From the NCBI GenBank assembly GCA_910583945.1, contig CAJTYF010000004.1, forward strand, positions 3,597-67,596: a stretch of DNA of 64,000 nucleotides. The letters are read 5' to 3'. Shown here piece by piece: positions 38,119 to 46,746 of this stretch. The notes under the pieces were generated by a model. That model was not told the DNA's origin and did not search any database. It saw only the letters and a program-made list of their open reading frames with translations. Position 1 is the first letter of the stretch. Each line of letters starts with the position of its first letter. Both the position numbers and the translations under genes were made by a program. The DNA is from an uncultured Bacilli bacterium (GTDB taxonomy: Bacteria; Bacillota_I; Bacilli_A; RF39; UBA660).

Positions 38119-38502
38119 CTACAGGTAATAAATTACAATAAAATATTTTATATCATCAATTGTTTTAAAATCAACTACAAATAATAGTGTCCCTTTTACT
38201 TCCTTTTGATACCCCTTTAAGGTTTCAACTTCAATTGAGAATGTATTAGTTTTTTTAAATTGTTTAACTTTTCTACCTTTTATTTGAACATCTATTTTTC
38301 CTTCATATAAATCATTAGTTTTATTTTCACCACTATATACAAATATATTTCCATCCCATAGAGGTGTTTTATCATTTGAATTGATATAAGGACTTAAACA
38401 ATCAGAATTTTTTAAGATTTCTTCTTCAATCTTATTAGTAGCAATTTTTTCTATGTCTGTTGTAGTCATTTTACACCTCACTTCTCTTAATTGGTCAGTC
38501 AC
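38119..38502 (-). CDS. hypothetical protein (127 aa)
   Basis: ORF whose start and RBS region overlaps the second copy of the 26-bp palindrome. Confidence 0.45.
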   Translation of the reverse strand: MTDQLREVRCKMTTTDIEKIATNKIEEEILKNSDCLSPYINSNDKTPLWDGNIFVYSGENKTNDLYEGKIDVQIKGRKVKQFKKTNTFSIEVETLKGYQKEVKGTLLFVVDFKTIDDIKYFIVIYYL

Positions 38503-38520
38503 GACTGACTAATTTATAAT
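38492..38520. promoter_or_regulatory. palindrome AATTGGTCAGTCACGACTGACTAATT (copy 2 of the pnkp-upstream operator-like site)
   Basis: 24/26 identical to the 33972-34000 palindrome. Lies at the 5' end of the 38502 gene. Confidence 0.5.
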
Positions 38521-38554
38521 GACAGCATGATAGCAAATTTTGGGAGGGGTACTC

Positions 38555-39046
38555 CTATTTTTTCCTGTCATTCCTGTCATTTTTCTTATTAAATGTTTTT
38601 TCAACAAGTTCTTTTGTTTCTTTATTGGCATTATATACTGCTAAATAATTGAATAATACTGCAACAGTCATAAGAAGATACATACTCCATATAGCATATA
38701 AACTTGTTCTTATGCTCTTGTTGTAAAATTCACAAAATAATACTATTAAATATATTAAGCCACTTAAAACGATAGACACTGCTGTTACATCATTAAAAGA
38801 TCTGTTAATAGTATTTGATTTATGTTTATCAAGGTTTCTTCCAACTTTGCTCCAAATAAACACATATAACACCTCAAAAAGTAACATTAAAGTAACTAGC
38901 ATCCAATAAAAAGCATAGAAAATATCTTTTTTTAAAGTAGTACATAAAATCGCCAATGCTAATAAAATCACATTTACTAATATCATCCCTATACTAATCC
39001 TTTTGTTTCTTTTTATCATTTTCAACTGCCTCCTTTCTTCTTGCAC
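38555..39046 (-). CDS. small polytopic membrane protein
   Basis: 163 aa with 4 predicted hydrophobic helices. Immediately downstream of the XRE repressor gene (the 52-nt track overlap probably reflects a later true start). Confidence 0.5.
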   Translation of the reverse strand: MQEERRQLKMIKRNKRISIGMILVNVILLALAILCTTLKKDIFYAFYWMLVTLMLLFEVLYVFIWSKVGRNLDKHKSNTINRSFNDVTAVSIVLSGLIYLIVLFCEFYNKSIRTSLYAIWSMYLLMTVAVLFNYLAVYNANKETKELVEKTFNKKNDRNDRKK

Positions 39047-39551
39047 TATTTAAAACATTAACAATTTCTTTTGCTGTTTCAATTTGATACTCGGTATCTT
39101 CAATCGTTTGTGAAATAACTTCTCTTTCAGAATCAGTTAATTTTTCTTTTTCTAGTCTTTCTCTAAAATTAGTTACTAATTCTTCCCAATTTTTAATCAT
39201 TGATGAAGTATTTAAAATAGCATCCACAATTTGATCCCCTTTTAAATGTTCATAGTAGTTAATTAAAAATGGATTTAAAGAAGTTACTTGAAAACCTAAT
39301 CCTGCTGCATACATTAAATCATTGTAGTTTATTCCTATATGTGTACTAATCTTTCTTAATGTTTTTGGATTTGGTATTTCTCTTTCTCCTGATTCAATTC
39401 TTGCAAGTTCAGTATCGCTTATTTTAGCAATTCTAGCAAGTTCTCTTTTAGATAAGTTTTTCTCTTCTCTTGCTCGAGCTATCATTTGCCCAACAGTTTC
39501 ATTATTGTCTTTCATACGAATAAAACTCCTTTCGCAATATAAATATAACAC
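38994..39551 (-). CDS. XRE/cI-like HTH repressor of the element
   Basis: 185 aa. LSKRELARIAKISDTELARIESGEREIPNPKTLRKISTHIGI is a Cro/C1 HTH. Divergent from the plus-strand module, with inverted and direct repeats in the 39560-39700 intergenic region. Confidence 0.7.
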   Translation of the reverse strand: MLYLYCERSFIRMKDNNETVGQMIARAREEKNLSKRELARIAKISDTELARIESGEREIPNPKTLRKISTHIGINYNDLMYAAGLGFQVTSLNPFLINYYEHLKGDQIVDAILNTSSMIKNWEELVTNFRERLEKEKLTDSEREVISQTIEDTEYQIETAKEIVNVLNSARRKEAVENDKKKQKD

Positions 39552-39559
39552 ATTTTAAT

Positions 39560-39700
39560 TCCTTTTGCAACTTTTTAGTTATTTTTTAATTAAAATTGCG
39601 ACTTTTTTATTGACAAATAATTTTTTATGGTTTATCATTAACTTAAAGGTTGCAATTTTAATGTTTTTACAACCTTAATAGTTCTTTGACAATTAAATAG
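39560..39700. promoter_or_regulatory. divergent promoter/operator region of the element immunity switch
   Basis: TTGACA-17 bp-TATCAT at ~39611-39639. Inverted repeat AAGGTTGCAA...TTACAACCTT at ~39645-39676. Direct repeats TTGCAACTTTTT / TTGCGACTTTTTT at ~39568-39610. Confidence 0.4.
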
Positions 39701-39888
39701 AGTTGGAAATCACCGATATTCTGCCGACTCGTTAAACAAATGCAAGGCACAATACCTCTATTGGCACGAGAGTTGTAGATTAACTAAAATCTTCGTTACA
39801 TATATGGCTAACTACTATATATACATCCTGAAAGGGAGTTGTTGGTAACACTAAAACCATCAGTATTAAAGGAAAGAGAGGTGAGTCA

Positions 39889-40128
39889 ATGAATGCAAGA
39901 GAGACTTTAAACTTAATATCAAAACAATGGTGTGATCTAAATGATTTAAGAAAACTTACAGGGCTAGGAAAAAATAATGCTATCAAGTTAAAAAATGAAA
40001 TAAGAATTGATTTAGAAAACAAAGGCTATTTACTTCCTAACAAGCTACTTCCTATGAATGAAGTTGTAAGTTATCTCAAAATAAATATAAGTTATCTTCA
40101 AAAAATGGCAAAAGAAGTTATTAACTAG
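39889..40128 (+). CDS. small hypothetical protein, first gene of the plus-strand module
   Basis: 79-aa ORF preceded by the RBS AGAGAGGTGAG. Confidence 0.45.
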   Translation: MNARETLNLISKQWCDLNDLRKLTGLGKNNAIKLKNEIRIDLENKGYLLPNKLLPMNEVVSYLKINISYLQKMAKEVIN

Positions 40129-40141
40129 AAAGGAGTTTTAA

Positions 40142-41095
40142 ATGAAAACAATAAGTGAAATGAGAAAAGAAGCAACAAAAAAAGACTTCATAGTTGATAA
40201 CCTAATGAAATCTAAAGGATTATATTGTCTTGTTGCTAGACCAAAAGTTGGTAAGTCATTATTGGCGTTACAACTTGCCAGCTCTATTGCAACAGGAACA
40301 ACCTTTTTAGGATTTAGGACAAGTCCATCTCCTGTCTTATATATTAGCACAGAAATGAATTCTACGCAATTAGTTGATAGAATTGATAAGATGAACTTAC
40401 AATTTAATGATGATAATTTCGTTATGATAGAACAAAATCCAAGTAAAAGAAAACTAAATTTAATGGATTTACAATTAAAATTTCAAACATTTGCTAATGA
40501 CTATAAAGGTCGATTTGTAATCATAGATATGTTTAGTGGAATTGATTTAAACAATGGTTATAATCTAAATGATTATCAAGATATGGGACAAGTTGTAATT
40601 CCAAAATTTAGAGAACTATGTAAAAAATATGACTTTACTATTCTTTTAGTCCATCACTTAAATAAGAATAATACTTCTTTGGGTAGTACTGCTATTGATG
40701 GATCAGTTGATGGAAAAATCACTTTAAAGCAGGATTCAAACCTAAAGAATAAGATACTTTTAAATTATGAAAGTAGAGACTATGAGGGATTAGATTTAGT
40801 TCTAAAACGAAATGAAAATTTATTATTTGAACTATCAGAAGTCGAGAGTGATGACTTAAATTATAATATACTAACTTTTCTAAATTATGCGATTAAACAA
40901 AAAGAATTTTCATTTAATGTATCGGATATAACAAGTAAATTAAACTTACAAATTACTCCATCAGCATTTGGAAAATTATTAAATAACAACATAGCAAATT
41001 TAGAAAAAGAAGGACTTCATATTGAGCAAAAAAGAACTTCTACTGAAAGAATATATGTTGCAAAATATGAAGAACCGACTTATGAAAATGAATAA
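40142..41095 (+). CDS. RecA-fold AAA_25/DnaB-C-like ATPase (RepA-like, common in Gram-positive mobile elements)
   Basis: 317 aa. Walker A ARPKVGKS in LYCLVARPKVGKSLLALQLA. Walker B-like RFVIIDMFSG. Confidence 0.6.
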   Translation: MKTISEMRKEATKKDFIVDNLMKSKGLYCLVARPKVGKSLLALQLASSIATGTTFLGFRTSPSPVLYISTEMNSTQLVDRIDKMNLQFNDDNFVMIEQNPSKRKLNLMDLQLKFQTFANDYKGRFVIIDMFSGIDLNNGYNLNDYQDMGQVVIPKFRELCKKYDFTILLVHHLNKNNTSLGSTAIDGSVDGKITLKQDSNLKNKILLNYESRDYEGLDLVLKRNENLLFELSEVESDDLNYNILTFLNYAIKQKEFSFNVSDITSKLNLQITPSAFGKLLNNNIANLEKEGLHIEQKRTSTERIYVAKYEEPTYENE

Positions 41096-41311
41096 TTTTC
41101 ATAAGAATTTTTGTAACTTTTATTATAAAAGTTTAGTTTTTGATAAAAAGCCTTTATTTTAAGGCGCAAATATGAAAATTAGAAGTAATTTTACTACTAA
41201 TTTACTACTTTAGAAAGAGTTTTGATAAAGAGTCTTGATATGTTATTTTAAAGAAACGATGGAAAGTCGTTTTTTAATTTTCCTAATAATGGTATAATAT
41301 TTATTAGTGAG

Positions 41312-41746
41312 GTGTTATATATGACAAAAGAAGAACAAAGAAACGAGGCAATTTATAGAATAAAAGAATTAACTAAAAAATTTAATCTTAATTCAAACAT
41401 GTTAGACTTTTTTGAAAATGGAAAAATTTATGGACTTGATTATGTAGAAGATAGTAAAATAAAAGATAGGAATAAATTGATTTCTAGTATTATAGCAGAA
41501 TGTCAAAATAAATATAATTCAATAGTTTATTACTATTTTATTATTGATGTAAATATAGAGGGTTATAATTTAGAGATACTAAATATATTTTATGTTGGAC
41601 AATATAAAGAAGATTGGGAAAATGAAAGATTATCAAAAGATAATGAAGTATATATACGCAGTTATGAACTTGGTAGTCCAAATTATCCCGAGTTAAGTTT
41701 CGTAAAAGTAAATTCAGTAGATGGTAATTTAATTAGAATATCTTAA
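41312..41746 (+). CDS. hypothetical protein
   Basis: 144-aa ORF. Confidence 0.45.
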   Translation: MLYMTKEEQRNEAIYRIKELTKKFNLNSNMLDFFENGKIYGLDYVEDSKIKDRNKLISSIIAECQNKYNSIVYYYFIIDVNIEGYNLEILNIFYVGQYKEDWENERLSKDNEVYIRSYELGSPNYPELSFVKVNSVDGNLIRIS

Positions 41747-42112
41747 AAAACAATTAGTTATATGCTAATTGCTTTTTTAATATTTCCAAAAAAATATCAA
41801 TATTCTATAAAAATTTGATTATTTTTTATTATCATTAAGACAAGCCTCTATCATACTTATAATAACATTATTAAAAGATGTATCATTGTCTTTTGCAATT
41901 TTTTCTATTTGTTTTACTAACTCTTCCTTTATATATAAAGTCTTATATACTGATACTATTTTCTTTTTTGTCTTTTTAGGTACAAAATTCATTTATCACC
42001 ACCACCCATTATAATTTTAACTTGTTAATAAAATAAAAGATAAATTAGAAAATTCTGGTGTATTTTTTAAAAAATAGTGATATAATTATATTGAACTGGT
42101 GGAGTTTAGAAA

Positions 42113-42736
42113 TTGAGAGGTGAAAAAATGAGTAATCTACTAGAAAAAGGAAAGGATATTTTTATAAAGATTAAAAATCAAGTTATAAAAATAGGAATTA
42201 AAAAAGTGGCTATTGGTGGAGTTATTGTTATAGTTGGTATAACTGGAATCGCTTTATTAAGTGGTGGAAGTAGCGATAAAGTGGTTTTAGCAAATGTAGT
42301 ACATCCTACATCAACAGACTATCCCTATTATACATTTAATGAAGTCAAAAATTATAATAAGGTAAATGTTAGTGGAATTAAATTAAAGCATAAAGAAAAT
42401 AAAGTAAATAATAATCAAACACTAGCAGGAGATGTTGAATATGTATTTACTATAAAAAATACTTCTAAAGAAACACTTGATAATATTGGCTATACTTTTT
42501 TCGTTAGAGATACAAATAACAGACCATTTGTTATAAGAAGTAAAGACCCAATAACTTTAAAGGCAGGAGAAAAAAAGAAAATAAAGATATCTAGTATATG
42601 GTGTGATGATGATTGTGATAAACAAACTACTCAAATACTTTTTATGGATAATTATGACAAAGACTATTCGATTTTAAATATTTATGAGGTAATTAATACA
42701 AATTCAGATGGAACAATTATTACAAAGGAATTATAG
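42113..42736 (+). CDS. membrane-anchored hypothetical protein
   Basis: 207 aa. N-terminal TM (VAIGGVIVIVGITGIALL). Confidence 0.5.
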   Translation: MRGEKMSNLLEKGKDIFIKIKNQVIKIGIKKVAIGGVIVIVGITGIALLSGGSSDKVVLANVVHPTSTDYPYYTFNEVKNYNKVNVSGIKLKHKENKVNNNQTLAGDVEYVFTIKNTSKETLDNIGYTFFVRDTNNRPFVIRSKDPITLKAGEKKKIKISSIWCDDDCDKQTTQILFMDNYDKDYSILNIYEVINTNSDGTIITKEL

Positions 42737-43556
42737 GAAAGGAAAATGTAAAATGAAAAAAATAAAATATTTAAGTTTAATTATGATAATAGCATTTATG
42801 CTAACTGGGTGTGGGTCAACTACAAATAATGAGAAGAAAGATGATAATAAACCTATAGCAGTTAACCCACCTAGTGAAACGAATTATAAGGGTGTTAAAA
42901 AGATAGTATATTTAGACCCTACTAATTTAAACAAAAAATGTACTGAAAGCGATGTAAAAAGTGATGATGAAACAAGAAGTGGTTGTATGAAATGGTATGC
43001 ATATAAGGAAGATAAAGACACTTATACAATGATATTAGACCACAATACAACAAATCTTGTTTATTGGTTGTCTCTAGAAGATTATGAAAAAGCAGGAGGG
43101 AATGTTACATATAATCAATTTGGCGACCCTAATTTGAAAACTGATAAAGGTCCTATAACAGCCCAAAAACAATTAGAAAGTGACACATCATATTGGGAAA
43201 AAAGTTTAAATGCTAGATTAATTAAAGTTTCTGAAATAAAAGAAATAGCTGGTAATATAGATAATACGTGTTTAGATACTAATTCATCAAATAAATATAA
43301 TTGGTTGTATGATAGAACATCTAATTATTGTGAAAAATATGGTTGTTTGAATAATGCAACAAAAGATGCATTAGGATATTGGACTGATACAGCTAGGGAT
43401 GAATATAGTGCATATCGTATTAGTCCAGGATTTAATCAAGATATCCTTTGTGGTGGTCAGTTATCTTTTGAAAATGGTAGAAGTGGAATTCGCCCAGTTA
43501 TAACAATACAAAAAAATGCTCTTACTTTTATTGAAGAAAACGAAAATAACAATTAA
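42708..43556 (+). CDS. putative lipoprotein
   Basis: 282 aa. Lipobox MLTGCGSTT after the signal peptide. The real start is probably the internal MKKIKYLSL. Confidence 0.5.
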   Translation: MEQLLQRNYRKGKCKMKKIKYLSLIMIIAFMLTGCGSTTNNEKKDDNKPIAVNPPSETNYKGVKKIVYLDPTNLNKKCTESDVKSDDETRSGCMKWYAYKEDKDTYTMILDHNTTNLVYWLSLEDYEKAGGNVTYNQFGDPNLKTDKGPITAQKQLESDTSYWEKSLNARLIKVSEIKEIAGNIDNTCLDTNSSNKYNWLYDRTSNYCEKYGCLNNATKDALGYWTDTARDEYSAYRISPGFNQDILCGGQLSFENGRSGIRPVITIQKNALTFIEENENNN

Positions 43557-43641
43557 ATAATTTAAAATGAAAAGTAGTATTTATAAATTTTTAAAAGATT
43601 TTAGATACTACTTTTATAATGGATAAAATGGTGGTAATGAA

Positions 43642-43938
43642 ATGACAATAAGTAATAAAGAATTAGCTAATAAAGTAATAGATTTATGTTTGATATATGG
43701 AATAAAGGACTCACAACTTTATATGGAATTTTTAGATAATCAAATAAAATTCTATAGAACTGAATTAAATTTTTTAGAAGATAGTAAACCTTTTTTCTTC
43801 CAAAAGAAGAAATTAGAAGAACATAATAAAAAAATTGAAGAATACGAGCAAAAAATTTTTGATGCATATAGGAAAATAGAAGAAGAATTTAATTTTATAA
43901 TTGAAATGCAAAATAACATTGATAATACATCAAAATAA
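43642..43938 (+). CDS. hypothetical protein
   Basis: 98-aa ORF. Confidence 0.4.
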   Translation: MTISNKELANKVIDLCLIYGIKDSQLYMEFLDNQIKFYRTELNFLEDSKPFFFQKKKLEEHNKKIEEYEQKIFDAYRKIEEEFNFIIEMQNNIDNTSK

Positions 43939-43977
43939 TTTTGGTACAAATAATTGTGATCCAAAATTATTTTTTGT

Positions 43978-44463
43978 TTGAGTCTATATTATATTGGTAA
44001 TAAATGGTATAATTGTAATGAAAGGACGGGCTTTATGGTTAATGAAATAAAAAATCAAGATAGTATCAAAATTGACGATATTTTTTATACTGATAGACAT
44101 TGTGGCGTAAAAGGACACTATATACAATTTTTCCAAGTTGTCGATGTAAAAGAAAATAACCAAGTTATATTAAGGGAAGTTAAACAAATACTTGATTCAC
44201 ATAACGAGGAAAATAAAGCACTTGTTATTCCATCTAAAAATCAATTTAAAGAAAGTAGCGTCTTTATAGAGGACAATAACATTGGGATAGTAAAATCAAT
44301 AGAATATGATGTCAATAGTAAAGATAATACACCTTATATAATTATGTCCCCTCTTACATTTAAAAATAAAGAGCCTATAAATATCAATGCTTATTTATGG
44401 GACGGACAACCAAAGTGTCATTATAACGATTTGTTTGAGTATATAAATGAGGAAAAAATATAA
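43978..44463 (+). CDS. hypothetical protein
   Basis: 161-aa ORF. Confidence 0.4.
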   Translation: MSLYYIGNKWYNCNERTGFMVNEIKNQDSIKIDDIFYTDRHCGVKGHYIQFFQVVDVKENNQVILREVKQILDSHNEENKALVIPSKNQFKESSVFIEDNNIGIVKSIEYDVNSKDNTPYIIMSPLTFKNKEPININAYLWDGQPKCHYNDLFEYINEEKI

Positions 44464-44488
44464 TTAAACTAATAAAAGGAGCGAAAAT

Positions 44489-44935
44489 ATGGAAAGTGAT
44501 TTAGAAGAGAAAATAGACGCATTAGCGTTTCAATTTGAAGATAGTTATTATTGTTCGGGGGAAATAAGTCAAAGTTTTGCAGAAAAATTTAATAAGTTGG
44601 TTGAATTAAAAGCAATAGAACCTACAGAATTTGAGGACGAGTTAGGTTTAAGTGGTGAAACATTTAGAAGATGGAAAAAAGGACTAATAGACCCATCATT
44701 ACAAAATTTAGTAGCATTTTGTATATTTTTTGAAATTGATATAAATTCTTTTACTGAATTACTACGCGCTGGTGGTTATACAATGAACTTTTCTAAAAGA
44801 AGAGACTGCGCTTATAACTTCCTAATTACTAATTGTATTGGTATGTCTATAAAAGAATGTAATATACTTTTAAAAAAAATAGGTTTAGAAGATAGCGAAT
44901 TACTACTTGCTCGCAATAAAAAAACGCAAAAATAA
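44489..44935 (+). CDS. hypothetical protein, possible HTH regulator
   Basis: 148 aa. GLSGETFRRWKKG resembles an HTH recognition segment. Weak. Confidence 0.35.
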   Translation: MESDLEEKIDALAFQFEDSYYCSGEISQSFAEKFNKLVELKAIEPTEFEDELGLSGETFRRWKKGLIDPSLQNLVAFCIFFEIDINSFTELLRAGGYTMNFSKRRDCAYNFLITNCIGMSIKECNILLKKIGLEDSELLLARNKKTQK

Positions 44936-45176
44936 CGAAAACTTTTATAAAAACTTAATAAAACTCCAACTTCCGTGTGGAATTAAAATCACTTGTATAT
45001 AAAGGTTAAAATTATAATTTACTAGTTTAAGGGTTATAATTTTAGCCTTTTTTTCTTTGATTTTAGCCACATGGCGTGTTTTAGAGATTTTAAAAAATTG
45101 TGTTTTAATGAACTTGTAATTTGAAAGGCGCCAACTAAAATTACACAAAATCTAACGAAAGGAGAAAATTAAGGTC

Positions 45177-45464
45177 ATGAAAATTATAGGTATTGAAGAA
45201 AGAATTGGCGTGTATGAAGATAAGCCATTTCATAATGTTAATTTTCATTGTGCGGAAGAGTTTAACAACGATAAAAGCGAAGGACTTAAGGTTTCAGTAG
45301 TTAAAGTAAGATATGATGTCTTAACCAAAACTTTTGGGAAAGAATTAACTACATCAGAAATTAAAAGTCTTGTAGGTAAATATATAGAAGAATTCCTATA
45401 CGATAGATATAGAAATGTTAGTTATGTTGAATTTGCTGACTCTACCGAAACAAGCAAAAAATAA
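45177..45464 (+). CDS. hypothetical protein
   Basis: 95-aa ORF with RBS GGAGAAAATTAAGG. Confidence 0.4.
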   Translation: MKIIGIEERIGVYEDKPFHNVNFHCAEEFNNDKSEGLKVSVVKVRYDVLTKTFGKELTTSEIKSLVGKYIEEFLYDRYRNVSYVEFADSTETSKK

Positions 45465-45560
45465 GTTACTTATTGACTTATTGACTACCGATTTGTTACA
45501 TCTTGCTATTGTTTTAAATAGTAGCAAGATTAACATTAAGGTAAATTTATAAAAATTATT

Positions 45561-45607
45561 GCTACATGCTACATGCTACATATAAGGGGTAATACTAGCC
45601 CTTATAT
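45561..45607 (+). promoter_or_regulatory. candidate rolling-circle origin with iterons and a stem-loop carrying a nonanucleotide-like loop
   Basis: Three tandem 7-mers GCTACAT at 45561-45581, then stem ATATAAGGG (45580-45588) / CCCTTATAT (45599-45607) enclosing the loop GTAATACTAG. The loop contains TAATACTAG, reminiscent of TAATATTAC / TAGTATTAC. It lies 130 nt upstream of the Rep gene. Confidence 0.5.
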
Positions 45608-45735
45608 GGTGGGGGGCTAAAGTGGCTACGCCACTCGCCCCACTCATGGGCGTGTATTAACTAGTATATGTATTAGCGCATTAGTTCTTTGAAAATTTAA
45701 TAATAATCTAAACTTTTAAAAATAGGAGTGATAAC

Positions 45736-46746
45736 ATGGCAGATAATAGCCAAAGTCGTAAATGGGCTTTAACGATTAACAACCCACTAGAACACGGCTT
45801 TACGGACGAAGTAATAAAAGAAACTTTGCAAAAATTCGCTCTTGACTACTATTGTATGTGTAAGGAAATCGGCAACGAAACACAAACGCTACATATCCAT
45901 ATCTTTATTTATTCAAAATCGCCGATTCGCTTTACAACGATACAGAGTCGCTTTAACAAAATAGCACATATAGAAAAAGCCTATGGGACTATACAAGATA
46001 ATATTGACTATGTGAGAAAAACGGGCAAGTTTGAAAATACCGACAAAGCCGAAACATCTGTTGAGGGCAGTTTTGAAGAATACGGAACGATACCATCGGA
46101 ATTACAAGAAAAAGACCCCGTTATAGGGCAATTATTAGAAGATATAAAAGATGGTAAGTCAAACATCGAGATTATAGAAAATAACCCACAATGGGCTTTA
46201 AAAATACGAGATATAGACTTGATAAGAGAAACTTATCTAGCCGATAAGTACATGAGAGAAAACCGAGATATAGTTTGTACATATGTCTTTGGGCATACAG
46301 GCGTTGGTAAGACACGAGATATATACAAAAGACATGGTGCTAAAAATATATGTCGTATCACGAATTATGCAAGTAGTAGAGGCGTAAATTTTGACTCATA
46401 TAAAAGCACTATGAATACCCTAGTATTTGAGGAATTTCATAGTCAAATACCCATCGGTGATATGCTTAATTATACCGATATATATCCCCTTATGCTACCC
46501 GCGAGATATAGTGATAAGGTGGCTTGTTACACTTATGTCTATATAACTTCAAATGTTCCCCTAGAGGAGCAATATTATGACTTACGATGTGGTTTAAAGT
46601 ATAGAGCAGTTTGGGACGCGTTTTTGCGTAGAATTCATAACATAATTGAGTACAAAAGTGATGGCTCAATTATAGTACATAAAATGACTAAAAAATTGGA
46701 GGAATTAGAAAATGAAGAAAATAAAACGAATAATGAAAAAAATTAA
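45736..46746 (+). CDS. rep: CRESS-DNA-virus-like replication initiator (HUH endonuclease plus SF3 helicase)
   Basis: 336 aa. Motif I WALTINNP (FTLNN type). Motif II HIHIFIY (HUH). Motif III YVRKTGK (Y..K). Walker A GHTGVGKT. Walker B LVFEEF. Motif C YITSNV (uTSN). Confidence 0.7.
   Translation: MADNSQSRKWALTINNPLEHGFTDEVIKETLQKFALDYYCMCKEIGNETQTLHIHIFIYSKSPIRFTTIQSRFNKIAHIEKAYGTIQDNIDYVRKTGKFENTDKAETSVEGSFEEYGTIPSELQEKDPVIGQLLEDIKDGKSNIEIIENNPQWALKIRDIDLIRETYLADKYMRENRDIVCTYVFGHTGVGKTRDIYKRHGAKNICRITNYASSRGVNFDSYKSTMNTLVFEEFHSQIPIGDMLNYTDIYPLMLPARYSDKVACYTYVYITSNVPLEEQYYDLRCGLKYRAVWDAFLRRIHNIIEYKSDGSIIVHKMTKKLEELENEENKTNNEKN

Noticed and set aside
36746-38502. Merging ORFs 38119..38502 and 36746..38104 into one frameshifted gene
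   Set aside because: They are 15 nt apart but in different frames, and neither has a recognisable domain that is split across the junction. Insufficient evidence, so kept separate.
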